A DNA stretch of 64,000 nt from assembly GCA_027623195.1 (NCBI GenBank), contig JAQBUT010000018.1, forward strand, positions 1 through 64,000, written 5' to 3'. Positions 9,608 to 19,418 of this stretch are shown piece after piece. A model generated the notes under the pieces. That model saw only the letters and a list, made by a program, of their open reading frames with translations, had not been told where the DNA came from and did no database searches. The position numbers were made by a program, and so were the translations under genes. Every line of letters begins with the position of its first letter. Position 1 is the first letter of the stretch. Source of the DNA: Chloroflexota bacterium (GTDB taxonomy: Bacteria > Chloroflexota > Dehalococcoidia > Lucifugimonadales > JADFKI01).

Positions 9608-10420
9608 TTGAGAGAACTAGAAGGCAAGGTAGCAATAGTAACCGGAGCGGGAAGGCTCCGAGGCATAGGCCGCGCAGCATCTGTGGCACTGGCCAGGCTC
9701 GGCGCCGATGTTGTGATAACCGGCACAGGCCGAAGCCCGGACAGGTACCCGGACGACGAGAAAGCCGCCGGATGGAAGGACATCGAGAGCACAGCCGAAC
9801 AGGTCAGGGCAGAGGGAGGCCGTGCTCTGCCACTGGTGGTCGACGTATCGAACCAGCGGGAGGTACAGGACATGGTGGACAGAGCCTTAGAGGACCTAGG
9901 CCGCGTCGACATCCTCGTGAACAACGCAGCGTACGCTATGGAGCCCGCGCTGGGACCGCTAGTCGATGTGTCCCCCGAAATGTTCCAGCGGGTGCAGGAC
10001 GTCAAAGTAATGGGCACGTTTCTCAGCTCCCAGTCGGCTGCGCGCACCATGATCGAAAGGGCCGAGGGCGGCAAGATCATCAACATATCGTCGGCCGCCG
10101 GCAAACGTGGCACTCCCAACACGCTGGCATATAACGCAGCGTGCTTCGCCTTGATTGGCATGACTCAGTCTATGGCCCGCGAGCTAGGCCCGCACGGCAT
10201 CAATGTGAACTGCGTCTGCCCAGGCACCACGGATACCTCCCGCACCGATTTCTACGGGAGAGATGATTTCTGGAATCAGCGTGTGGCAGGAACGGCAATC
10301 GGCCGCAACGGCACAGACGATGAGGTTGGAGCGTTCATCGCTTACCTCTGTACGGAGGCGTCATCCTGGATCACCGGCCAATCCATAAACATCAACGGCG
10401 GTACTGTCATGGAACATTGA
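9608..10420 (+). CDS. SDR family oxidoreductase
   Basis: TGAGRLRGIG, LVNNA, NCVCPG, ITGQSININGG; catalytic YxxxK reads YNAAC (Lys replaced); TTG start. Confidence 0.9.
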   Translation: MRELEGKVAIVTGAGRLRGIGRAASVALARLGADVVITGTGRSPDRYPDDEKAAGWKDIESTAEQVRAEGGRALPLVVDVSNQREVQDMVDRALEDLGRVDILVNNAAYAMEPALGPLVDVSPEMFQRVQDVKVMGTFLSSQSAARTMIERAEGGKIINISSAAGKRGTPNTLAYNAACFALIGMTQSMARELGPHGINVNCVCPGTTDTSRTDFYGRDDFWNQRVAGTAIGRNGTDDEVGAFIAYLCTEASSWITGQSININGGTVMEH

Positions 10421-10550
10421 TTTTGGATGGCGTTTTCGAATGTTGATCAGGTAGCAAGAGTCCGTGTAAGTTCGCAGCAAAACCAAAGCCTGGGTTTTGC
10501 TGCCGCTGCTATGAAAGCAAATGCAGGATATCAGATACGGAGATTAGCCC

Positions 10551-11330
10551 ATGACTATGAAAGACAAGGTCGTTGTGGTGACGGGCGCAGGTCGAGGCAT
10601 CGGGCGCGAGCTGGCGCTAGCTTTCGCTCGGGAGGGCGCGGACCTGGTGCTGACATCACGTACCGAGTCTGCGCTACAAGAGACGCAGGCCATGGTCGAG
10701 GAGATCGGACAAAAAGGCTTCGTCGTCACCTGTGATGTCAGTCAGGCCCATAGCGTCCAAAACATGGCAGAGCAGACCCTGGCCCACTACGGCCATGTGG
10801 ATGTGCTCGTCAACAACAGCGGCATCGGCGGCCCGTCCGCAGAAACCTGGAAGATTGAACCTGAAGATTGGGCGGAGACCTTCGACATCAACGTGAAGGG
10901 AACGTACCTGTGCTGTCGTGCATTCCTACCTTCGATGATAGAACGACAGTCCGGCAACATCGTCATCATCGGCTCCATGACCGGCAAACGTCCTCTGTGG
11001 GGGCGGTCGCCCTACGCCGCAAGCAAGATGGCGCTGGTGGGACTGGCGCGAACCCTGGCCCTGGAGACAGGCCCTTACGACATACGCGTAAACGTCGTCT
11101 CCCCTGGCGCGGTGGAGGGCGAACGCATCGCGTGGGTCATACAGCAGCAGGCCGAGGGCCGTGGCATTACGCCCGAGCAGGCCAGGGAAGAACTGGCCAG
11201 TGGTTCCCCGCTGAATCGGCTGGTGCCCGCGTCAGACGTTGCCGCCGCAGCACTTTACCTTGCCTCGGACCGGTCCGGCTCAACCACAGGCGAGGACCTG
11301 AACGTTTCCGCAGGACTCGTGAGCTACTAG
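10551..11330 (+). CDS. SDR family oxidoreductase
   Basis: TGAGRGIG, LVNNSG, YAASK, VNVVSPG. Confidence 0.92.
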   Translation: MTMKDKVVVVTGAGRGIGRELALAFAREGADLVLTSRTESALQETQAMVEEIGQKGFVVTCDVSQAHSVQNMAEQTLAHYGHVDVLVNNSGIGGPSAETWKIEPEDWAETFDINVKGTYLCCRAFLPSMIERQSGNIVIIGSMTGKRPLWGRSPYAASKMALVGLARTLALETGPYDIRVNVVSPGAVEGERIAWVIQQQAEGRGITPEQAREELASGSPLNRLVPASDVAAAALYLASDRSGSTTGEDLNVSAGLVSY

Positions 11331-11377
11331 CAATCGTGAACGCATCGAGTTGAACGACCTTTCTTAGGAGGAAAAAC

Positions 11378-12070
11378 ATGGCGCGGCTAATCGACCTATC
11401 CATCGAAATTTTCGAGGGAATGAACGTATACCCCGGCCACCTGAAGACCGTAACATTTCAGCATGCGACCCACGAAGAGACCTCAAAGAGATTCGAGGGC
11501 GGCTTCTCTTTCCAGACCTGGGGGTTCATGATGAACGACAACGGGCCCACTCACGTAGACTCTTTCAGCCATTTCAATCCCGACCCAAACGCAATGACCA
11601 TCGACCAGATGCCGCTGGACCTGTTTTACGGCGACGCCATATGCCTGGACGTGTCCAAGTTCCAGCCCGAGACAGACATCGAAGCCTCTGACCTGGACGA
11701 GGCGTTGGCGAATTCCGGCCAGGAGTTGCGCCGGGGAGACATCGTTCTGTTCTACACCGGCACCTTCAACAGGCTTCAGGGTACGCCGCAATACCTGACA
11801 GACTTCCCCGGCTTGGGAGCGTCGGCCAGCCAGTGGATAGTCGACAAGGGCGTCAAGAGCTTCGGCGTGGACACCCCGACTCCAGACAATCCCATCAGCA
11901 AGACATACCCGTGCCACATGATGTGCAGGGCCAACAGCATCACGCATTACGAGAATCTGGCAAACCTGGACCAGGTGGCTGGCAAACGCTTCACCTTTAT
12001 TGGCTTGCCGCTGAAGCTCAAGGGAGCCCACGGCGGGCCGACCAGGGCCGCCGCGCTGCTGGAAGATTAG
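11378..12070 (+). CDS. Cyclase family protein (kynurenine formamidase-like metallohydrolase)
   Basis: LIDLS, GPTHVDSFSH (HxGTHxDxPxH variant), GVDTP, HYENL, GGPTRA; AGGAGG SD. Confidence 0.85.
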   Translation: MARLIDLSIEIFEGMNVYPGHLKTVTFQHATHEETSKRFEGGFSFQTWGFMMNDNGPTHVDSFSHFNPDPNAMTIDQMPLDLFYGDAICLDVSKFQPETDIEASDLDEALANSGQELRRGDIVLFYTGTFNRLQGTPQYLTDFPGLGASASQWIVDKGVKSFGVDTPTPDNPISKTYPCHMMCRANSITHYENLANLDQVAGKRFTFIGLPLKLKGAHGGPTRAAALLED

Positions 12071-12083
12071 GCGACCTGACACC

Positions 12084-12129
12084 TGTCATCCCGAGTGAAG
12101 TACGCCGCAGCGGACGAAAAGAGGAATCT
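12084..12129 (+). repeat. Short palindromic interspersed repeat (TGTCATyCCGAG...GAGGAATCT type)
   Basis: Similar to 28501..28527. Confidence 0.55.
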
Positions 12130-12186
12130 TCGGCACTTGTTAACCGAATTAACATTACGTCTTAGATTCCGATAGAGAGGCACAAA

Positions 12187-12894
12187 ATCAGCAGCAAGAA
12201 AATAGCCGTCATCGGCACCGGCGGGACCGGCAGCACCATCGGGGGACTGCTGACCAAGGCGGGCCATGACGTGACCATCATCGACCAGTGGCCGGACCAT
12301 GTGAACACTATGAAAAACGTCGGCCTGCACATGTCGACGCGGGAAGAGGACTTCACCGTGCGGGTTCACGCTCTACACCTTCACGAGGTCTGCAACATCA
12401 CAGAGCAGTTCGACATCGTGTTCCTGGCCTGCAAGTCCTACGACTCCTTGTGGATGACGCAACTCATCGAGCCGTACCTGAAGTCCGACGGCGTGCTCAT
12501 CTCGGCGCAGAACAGCATCAACGACGAGTGGGTTGCCCCAATAGTGGGCCAGACCAGGGAGATCGGCTGCGTCATCACCATGTCTTCTGAAGTGTTCGAG
12601 CCCGGGCACCTGAAACGCAACACCGCCATGCAACCCAAGATTATGCTGTTCGACGAGCCAACCTCAGCCTTAGACCCCGAGATGATTAAGGAGGTGCTGG
12701 ACGTTATGCGGGAGCTATCCACCTCCGGCATCACTATGATCGTTGTTACGCACGAGATGGGCTTTGCCAGAGAGGTTGCCGACCGCATGATTATGTTCGA
12801 CGATGGAGTGATCGTCGAGGAGGGGACTCCTGAACAGATCTTCGAGAATCCCCAGAGCGACCGCACAAAACTATTTCTTTCACAGATACTCTGA
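12187..12894 (+). pseudogene. Chimeric ORF: N-terminal half of ketopantoate reductase (PanE/ApbA) fused in frame to C-terminal tail of a polar amino-acid ABC ATPase (GlnQ-like)
   Basis: From ATC 12187: [20 protein letters not shown]...[11 protein letters not shown]...SAQNSI; after ~12625: [19 protein letters not shown]...[15 protein letters not shown]; no Walker A or signature motif. Confidence 0.8.
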
Positions 12895-12928
12895 AATAGT
12901 ATTCCACGCCTTTTGCGAAAATTTCCCG

Positions 12929-13816
12929 CTAGAGCTGCCTTAGCCGGGGGTCTAGCTTGTCGCGGAGCCAGTCGCCGAAGAAGTTCATCGAGAATACGAC
13001 GAGCAGGATGGCAAGTCCTGGGAAGAAGGTTATCCACCAGGCGGTCGATATGTAGTTGCGTCCCTGAGCCACCATGTTGCCCCATGAGGGCGCCGGCGCT
13101 GGAATTCCGACGCCAAGGAAGCTAAGGACTGATTCCGTTATGATTAAGGAGCCCACCTGCAACGAGGCTAACACCATTACTGTGCTGGCCACCCCCGGCA
13201 GGATGTGCTTAAAGGCTATTCGAAAACCCGAAGCTCCGGAAACCCTGGCAAGGGATACGTAGTCCATTGATTTCAACTGTAGCGTCTCGGCCCTGACCTG
13301 GCGAGCAAATGGCGGCCACGTAAAGAGAATCAGGAGGATCATTACCAGCATCAGGCTTGGTTCCCACACGACGGCAGCCACCAGCGCCACTAGAATGAAT
13401 GGCACGGCGTAGGTAAAGTCCACTAGCCGCATGAGCACCTCGTCTACGATGCCGCCAAGGTATCCTGCGGCAATCCCCAGCACCGTTCCGACCAAGGTAC
13501 CTGCGATAAGCACAGTGACCGCCACCAAAAGCGAAATGCGCGCGCCGAATATTATTCTGCTCAGCACGTCCCTTCCAATGTGGTCGCCTCCCAGTAGGTA
13601 ATCCGATGCCCCTTCCGCATCCCAGGCGGGGGGAACGTTCCTCTTCTCGAAATCTGCCTGAAGGGGATGGTGGGGCGCAACAAGCGGTGCAAATATGGCG
13701 ACAATAACTATGAAGAAGACCACAAACAGGGGAATAACAGGCCAACGCCGAATCGTTTGGAACTTGTTGGCAAAGGAGCCGGTTTTCGCGGTCAATTGAA
13801 AGTCTGTTGAACTCAT
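12929..13816 (-). CDS. Peptide/nickel ABC transporter permease (DppC/OppC-like)
   Basis: LLGGDHIGRDVLSRIIFGARISL, EAA loop DYVSLARVSGAS, GDWLRDKLDPR. Confidence 0.92.
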   Translation of the reverse strand: MSSTDFQLTAKTGSFANKFQTIRRWPVIPLFVVFFIVIVAIFAPLVAPHHPLQADFEKRNVPPAWDAEGASDYLLGGDHIGRDVLSRIIFGARISLLVAVTVLIAGTLVGTVLGIAAGYLGGIVDEVLMRLVDFTYAVPFILVALVAAVVWEPSLMLVMILLILFTWPPFARQVRAETLQLKSMDYVSLARVSGASGFRIAFKHILPGVASTVMVLASLQVGSLIITESVLSFLGVGIPAPAPSWGNMVAQGRNYISTAWWITFFPGLAILLVVFSMNFFGDWLRDKLDPRLRQL

Positions 13817-13823
13817 ATATGGT

Positions 13824-14747
13824 CTACTGGAACCTAATTCGAGGATCGATTAGCGCGTACAAGATATCCGCGGCCATACTACATAGCAGGAAAACGACTG
13901 CAAATACTAATGCCAGTCCGGTTATAAGCGGGAAGTCAGTGTTTAGAGCCGCCTGTACAGCGAGTCTACCCAGGCCTGGCCAGGCGAATACAGTTTCGAT
14001 TACTACTGTGCCAGTCAGAAATCCTGCGAGAAGAGTTGCCGCAAACGTTAACGGGGCTATAAGGGCGTTCCGTAGAGCGTGCTTCCATATAATTTTCGAA
14101 GAGCCGACACCTTTTGCCTTGGCCAGCTTTATGTACTCGCTGTCCAGCACCTCTAGCATTGAGGATCGAGTGAGGCGCAACAATCCTGCGGCGGGCAGCC
14201 AAGCCAAGGTAGCCACGGGAAGTACGTAGTGTGTCCAGTCGCCACGCCGCGATGTTGGCAGCCAGTCAAGCTGCACACTAAATACCAGTACCAGTACTAT
14301 GGCTATCCAAAAAGGTGGCGTAGCTTGCCCTAATAGTGCGAAACTTCGACCGAAGTAGTCCCACACCGTCATCCTTTTCACGGCAGACAGCATCCCGAGA
14401 GGCAGGCCAAGAAGTATCGCGAATACGAAAGACACACCGGACAACTGCAAGGTTGCCGGCAGGCTCTCCACGATCATCAATAGAGAATTGCGTCGGTAGT
14501 GCACAGACTCACCGAAGTCCCCTTGGACGGCGTTTTTCAGCCACACAAGGTACTGGACTGCCATCGGCTTATCCAGCCCCATCGCTTTCCCCTGGGCCTC
14601 CCATGACTCGGAGGTGACCCGGGTGTAAGCAGACATATAGAGGTAGCGCGGGTCTCCCGACAACCTCGACAGCGCGAAAACCAGAATGGTTATGGCAAGC
14701 ATTACGAACAACATGGCCGAAATTCGCCGGACGATTATTCTTCGCAT
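13824..14747 (-). CDS. Peptide/nickel ABC transporter permease (DppB/OppB-like)
   Basis: GDP, GLDKP..VQY, GDFGES, RSSMLEVL.SEYIKLAKAKG, ETVFAWPGLG, DPRIR. Confidence 0.92.
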   Translation of the reverse strand: MRRIIVRRISAMLFVMLAITILVFALSRLSGDPRYLYMSAYTRVTSESWEAQGKAMGLDKPMAVQYLVWLKNAVQGDFGESVHYRRNSLLMIVESLPATLQLSGVSFVFAILLGLPLGMLSAVKRMTVWDYFGRSFALLGQATPPFWIAIVLVLVFSVQLDWLPTSRRGDWTHYVLPVATLAWLPAAGLLRLTRSSMLEVLDSEYIKLAKAKGVGSSKIIWKHALRNALIAPLTFAATLLAGFLTGTVVIETVFAWPGLGRLAVQAALNTDFPLITGLALVFAVVFLLCSMAADILYALIDPRIRFQ

Positions 14748-14769
14748 GCCTCCCTTTCGACATTACACG

Positions 14770-14807
14770 ATGTTGGGGGTACATAGTCTTAAACGTACCC
14801 CCAACAT
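14770..14807 (-). terminator. Stem-loop between SBP and permease genes (terminator or mRNA-stabilising hairpin)
   Basis: atgttgggggtac...gtacccccaacat perfect 13-bp stem. Confidence 0.65.
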
Positions 14808-14883
14808 ATTACAAGCAATTAACTGAGATTCTAGCTGTTCACAACGCTGAGCTAATTCGCCCCATCGGAGCAAGTTCTCCCGG

Positions 14884-16977
14884 CTACTTCTCTATAGTTA
14901 TGCTCTCAGGATTGTTGAAATAGTTTACGGTGAACGGCTTCCAACCCTTAATGTACGGCTGATAGACGAAGTAGTTACCAACCGTCGCTACGCCGAGGTG
15001 CAATTGCTGTTCGGATAGGAAATTTGCTAGCTCGGCGTTATTCTGCAAGCGTTTATCAAATGATGGCTCCACGTCGTTCTCGAATCCAAGGTCGCAGAAT
15101 TCGTCCGGCAGCGTCAGCCCGCCAATGTGGCCTGGGCTCGGGCAGTAGAAATTGGCAATGGTCCCGCCCTTTTCAATGCCGAAACCGTGCAACCAGGGCA
15201 CATTCATGCTCTTGTCTACAGACTCAGGGCGTCGGCTGGCGTAGGGAGAATGGTCCACTGTCACGTCGAGGCCGAGATTCTGCCTCCACATCTCCCCCAC
15301 GGCATCCGCAATCTCCGGGTCCCAGAACGAAAAGTCCGGGGCCGACCAGAGCGTAACTTCAAAGCCGTTGGGATAACCTGCCTCAGTCAGCCATTCATTG
15401 GCCTTGACCGTATCGAAGGGTACAACCCATTCATCTCTGTGCATCGGAGACCCTGTAGGGAACTGGGAGTACAGGTGGATGTACACGGGATCACCAAACC
15501 CGCCCAGTACCGTGTCTATTATCTGTTGTCGGTCCACAGCCATGGACATGGCCCAGCGTACTTTGCGCGCGTTCTCCATACTAACGTCGTCGTCAGGATC
15601 ACCGACCCAAGGGTAACCCTTCTCTATGGCTTCGGTAAATCCAGGCCACTTGCGGTATACATCTGTTTCTTCGCATGTTGGGCATGTCGCGCCCCAATAG
15701 TTGCCGGACATGTAAATCGTGTTGGGACTGGTAAGTCCCACTACTACTGCTCCACCACCTATTTCGTCGACAATAGACCCTAGGGCCTTGCCGGGAATCG
15801 GTGCTATGTCAATCTCAGCGGTCCGTAACGCTGCATCTCGGGTAGCCTGCTCCGGCATTTCGACAGTACGCAATAGCTTGACACTTGGGGTGACGCGCCA
15901 GTGACCCTCCACTGCCTCGGCCACCATCTCATCGTGTCCGTTCCAGAAGATAGCGTCGTATGGTCCGGTCCCAACCGGTGTGCTGATGAACTCGTCCTCT
16001 CCAACCGTGTCGTATAGGGTTTTGCTCAACATGCCAAAGGTGTCTGACCAGCCCTTGCCAACCAGCACACCCCATGTTGGCGGGTAGCCGCCTTGTTCGA
16101 TGTTCATGACGGCGGTGTATTTGTCTTCAACGTCCCAACCGACTTTAAGAGCCGGAGGAAGCTGCTCTGCGCCGTTGCCCGTCGAGCCCAGAATCCAGGA
16201 CTCATTGAAGGTCCAGGCAACGTCCTCTGCGGTTAGTTCTCCCCACCCGTCATGGAACTGAACGCCCTGTCGGATCTTGAACGTCACTTTCGACTGGTCC
16301 GGAGCTATCGTCCACGATTCTGCTAGCTCAGGGAGGTATGTGGCGGGATCGGGAGATGATGCCTCACCGGGTTGAGGAGCAGGTTGGGCCTTCAGGATAC
16401 CTTCGTATATACCCCAGTTCATGCCGCGGCTGACGGTACCTGCCGCATCCTTAGAGCCCAATTGCACTAGCGGTGGCAGGCCCGGTATGCCTACTACAAG
16501 CTCTCCACTGGGTTTCGCGCCGGAGGGAGCGGGCGCAGCGGCCTCAGGCACAGCCTGAACGACCCTGGCGACAATCGATTCAACATCGGCGGCGGTCAGG
16601 CCCGGCTGTTGGGACGCGGCAGCGCCTGCCACAGCCCTATTCACAAGACTCTCTATCTCGCTGGCGGTCACGCCCGGCTGAACCGAGGCGGCCACTCCCT
16701 GTTGGACCATCGCCCTGATTTCTTCAGCCGATGCCCCCGCAGGCGCGGATACCACTACAGCCGCCTGTACCATGCGTTGAATTTCAGCAGCTGAAACCGG
16801 GGCCGGCTGTGCCGACTGGTCGGGCACGGCGTTCTCCACCGCGCTCTGCACAAGCTGTGCAAGCTGTTCCGCGTCGAACGCGGGTTGAGCAGGCTGACTA
16901 GCGCATGCCATAGCAAGCAACATCACTAGTCCGATACCTGCCCCTAGTAGGCGTTTTATTCTTACCGGTGCAACCAT
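14884..16977 (-). CDS. ABC transporter substrate-binding lipoprotein, family 5, with repetitive N-terminal stalk
   Basis: Lipobox LAMAC; LAESW, FKIRQGVQFHDG, TAEDV, PVGTGPY, VRWAMSMAVDR, LTEAGY; start moved to ATG 16977. Confidence 0.88.
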   Translation of the reverse strand: MVAPVRIKRLLGAGIGLVMLLAMACASQPAQPAFDAEQLAQLVQSAVENAVPDQSAQPAPVSAAEIQRMVQAAVVVSAPAGASAEEIRAMVQQGVAASVQPGVTASEIESLVNRAVAGAAASQQPGLTAADVESIVARVVQAVPEAAAPAPSGAKPSGELVVGIPGLPPLVQLGSKDAAGTVSRGMNWGIYEGILKAQPAPQPGEASSPDPATYLPELAESWTIAPDQSKVTFKIRQGVQFHDGWGELTAEDVAWTFNESWILGSTGNGAEQLPPALKVGWDVEDKYTAVMNIEQGGYPPTWGVLVGKGWSDTFGMLSKTLYDTVGEDEFISTPVGTGPYDAIFWNGHDEMVAEAVEGHWRVTPSVKLLRTVEMPEQATRDAALRTAEIDIAPIPGKALGSIVDEIGGGAVVVGLTSPNTIYMSGNYWGATCPTCEETDVYRKWPGFTEAIEKGYPWVGDPDDDVSMENARKVRWAMSMAVDRQQIIDTVLGGFGDPVYIHLYSQFPTGSPMHRDEWVVPFDTVKANEWLTEAGYPNGFEVTLWSAPDFSFWDPEIADAVGEMWRQNLGLDVTVDHSPYASRRPESVDKSMNVPWLHGFGIEKGGTIANFYCPSPGHIGGLTLPDEFCDLGFENDVEPSFDKRLQNNAELANFLSEQQLHLGVATVGNYFVYQPYIKGWKPFTVNYFNNPESITIEK

Positions 16978-17065
16978 TAAGTTCCCCTTCTTTAGCCTAA
17001 GTTCCAACCATATTGGTATCCAAATTTAGCCAAGCCAAATCACTACGTGGCTTTCCCTAGCGGGA

Positions 17066-17094
17066 ATCCTACTAGGTCGGGATTTGCATGTCAA
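17066..17094 (-). promoter_or_regulatory. sigma70-type promoter of first ABC cassette
   Basis: Minus strand TTGACA-N17-TAGGAT. Confidence 0.55.
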
Positions 17095-17253
17095 CGGACT
17101 CGGCCGGCAGTATGGGCTCGATCACAACGAAGACTAAATAGATATCAAGGCCCCGTTGTGGGTTGGAAGCAGCAGAAAAAGGGGCGAAATTATCACTACA
17201 AGAGGGGTAGCCAATCAATGTCAGACTTTGTTTGGCGGGCGTTACTGGGATTT

Positions 17254-18141
17254 CTAAGTAGTTCCGCGAAGGCGCGGGTCTAGAATATCCCGAAGGCCGT
17301 CGCCTACCAGGTTAAAGGACATGACCGCTATTGTGATGAAGACGCCGGGAAAGAACACAAACCACCAGTTGGGCACTAGCTGGTTTGAGGCTTCGCCTAA
17401 CATACCTCCCCATGTAGCCGTAGGAGGCCGGATTCCAATACCAAGGAAGCTGAGAGACGCCTCGATTACGATGGCGGTGCCAAGGTGAACGGTTACGAGC
17501 ACGATAAAGGGGGCAATGCACTGCGGAGCCACGTGTTGGACCATAGTCCTGAGTGGAGACGCCCCGATGGCCCTTGCGGCCTCAACATACGTCATCTCCC
17601 GTACTGAGAGCGCAACGGAACGGATGACACGGGCTCCGAACGGCAGGCGCGTGACTGCAATGGCCAGGATTATCGTCCACACGGTCGAGCCAAGCACCAG
17701 GACCAGCAGGAAGGCCAGAATGAGACCAGGCGTTGCCATGATAATCTCAAGAATGCGCTCGGCTATGAGGTCAACCTTTCCTCCGGTATAGCCGCTGGCA
17801 ATGCCCCAAACCGCTCCCAAGGAAGTTCCCAATAGTACGGAGGTAAGCGCCACAAAGAGGCTCACGCGGGACCCGTGTATGACCCGGCTAAGAATATCCC
17901 TTCCGATATTGTCGGTGCCGAATAGACTGGACCTGTCCGGCGGTGCCTGCATCTTCGTAAAATTTGATTTGATGGGATCCTTTGGCGCAATGATTGGGGC
18001 CGCGATTGCCATAAGGACGAGCAAAATAGCTACGACGCCCCACGCAGCCGCGAATGGGCTTCGTACGGCGAACCGCCGCACGTTCCTAACGCTTTTGTTT
18101 AAGGCAATCCGTACTGCCGGAAGCTCTAGTTCCTGAGTCAT
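17254..18141 (-). CDS. Peptide/nickel ABC transporter permease (DppC-like)
   Basis: FGTDNIGRDILSR, YVEAARAIGAS, EASLSFLG, GDGLRDILDPR. Confidence 0.92.
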   Translation of the reverse strand: MTQELELPAVRIALNKSVRNVRRFAVRSPFAAAWGVVAILLVLMAIAAPIIAPKDPIKSNFTKMQAPPDRSSLFGTDNIGRDILSRVIHGSRVSLFVALTSVLLGTSLGAVWGIASGYTGGKVDLIAERILEIIMATPGLILAFLLVLVLGSTVWTIILAIAVTRLPFGARVIRSVALSVREMTYVEAARAIGASPLRTMVQHVAPQCIAPFIVLVTVHLGTAIVIEASLSFLGIGIRPPTATWGGMLGEASNQLVPNWWFVFFPGVFITIAVMSFNLVGDGLRDILDPRLRGTT

Positions 18142-18194
18142 CTAGGAGTCCTCTTTTGGGTCGAATGCAACCCGAGCCGTTTGAAAATCATGCG

Positions 18195-19154
18195 TTAGGA
18201 TAGGCGTATTCTGGGATCCAACCAGCCGTAAAGAAGGTCTACAAAAAGATTAACCACAATGAACACTACGGCATAGAAAAGCGTGATATTTTGCACAACG
18301 TTAAAGTCCCGGTCTATGGCGGCCGCTACCAGGGCTTTGCCCAGTCCAGGCGCCGCAAAGGCCTGCTCGATGGCGACCGATCCTCCCAATACGAATCCCA
18401 AGAGGACGCCACTCAGGGTTATCACCGGCAGCAGTGCGTTCGGAAGGGCATGGCGAACCAGAACAAGCTTTTCACCCAGGCCTTTGGCCCGCGCGGTACG
18501 AACGTAATCGTCGCGGAGCACCTCGAATAAGGATGAGCGTGCCATTCGGGCAATGTAAGCGGCCTGTCCCAGACCCAGTACAATTGCCGGACCAATGATG
18601 ATTTGGAAGTTTATCCAGGGATTTTGCCAGATCTGAACGGCGGTTATCGGGGACTTGTATCCGAATAGCGTAATCTGGCCTACTACTAGAAGCATACCGA
18701 GCCAAAAGCCGGGGATGGCCAGAAAGAGAACAGTGAACATACTGGCGGTGGAGTCCATCTTCGACTGAGGTCTGAAAGCGCTAATTATCCCGACGGGGAG
18801 ACCGATCAGCCAAGAGATTAAGACAGACAAGATGCCGATCTCAGCGCTTATCGGGGCACGGGAGGCCAGGATTCTAATTATCGGATCGCCACGGAAAAAA
18901 GACTCACCCAGGCTACCTCTGAGAAGTATGTCCCCAATCCATGAGCCATATTGGACAATGTAGGGCCTATCCAGTCCCAGGTCGTTTAGCACCTCTGCCT
19001 TTTGAGCGTCCGTCAGACGTTTGATCTCCTCTACGCCGAAGTATGCTCCAAGGGGGTCACCGGGGAGGACTCGCATGATTACGAAAATCAAAATCGTTAC
19101 GCCGAAGAGCGCAGGAATCGCGTATAGGAGTCTCTTGGCTATGTAGGTATACAA
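18195..19154 (-). CDS. Peptide/nickel ABC transporter permease (DppB-like)
   Basis: PGDP, GLDRP..VQY, DYVRTARAKG, HALPNAL, LDPRIR; TTG start. Confidence 0.92.
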   Translation of the reverse strand: MYTYIAKRLLYAIPALFGVTILIFVIMRVLPGDPLGAYFGVEEIKRLTDAQKAEVLNDLGLDRPYIVQYGSWIGDILLRGSLGESFFRGDPIIRILASRAPISAEIGILSVLISWLIGLPVGIISAFRPQSKMDSTASMFTVLFLAIPGFWLGMLLVVGQITLFGYKSPITAVQIWQNPWINFQIIIGPAIVLGLGQAAYIARMARSSLFEVLRDDYVRTARAKGLGEKLVLVRHALPNALLPVITLSGVLLGFVLGGSVAIEQAFAAPGLGKALVAAAIDRDFNVVQNITLFYAVVFIVVNLFVDLLYGWLDPRIRLS

Positions 19155-19352
19155 ACTGTGCGGCCCTCGGGTTCGGTCTTGGGGTTGGCGTCAGACTCGC
19201 TTTCTACACAACCTTCTTACCTGGTTGCCATACGGCTTTGTCTCGGAGAGTGTACTAAATCTAAATCAGGGACTTTTAAGATTGTTCAATCATTCACAGC
19301 CCTTGATGAATGAGCCGAATCTGTATTGTTAGTGTAGCCATGCCGATAAAGT

Positions 19353-19390
19353 GAGGAGAGGCAGACCCGTCTAACAATCTACCTCTCCTC
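19353..19390 (-). terminator. Stem-loop downstream of second SBP gene
   Basis: gaggagaggcaga...tctacctctcctc, followed by TTTAT on minus strand. Confidence 0.55.
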
Positions 19391-19418
19391 GTTTCCAGGG
19401 CTATTTATGCGCTAGCCT

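Noticed and set aside
12600..12640. Integron attC/attI-type site at the chimera junctions
   Set aside because: CGCAAC does not fit RYYYAAC, there is no attC-like hairpin and no integrase in the window
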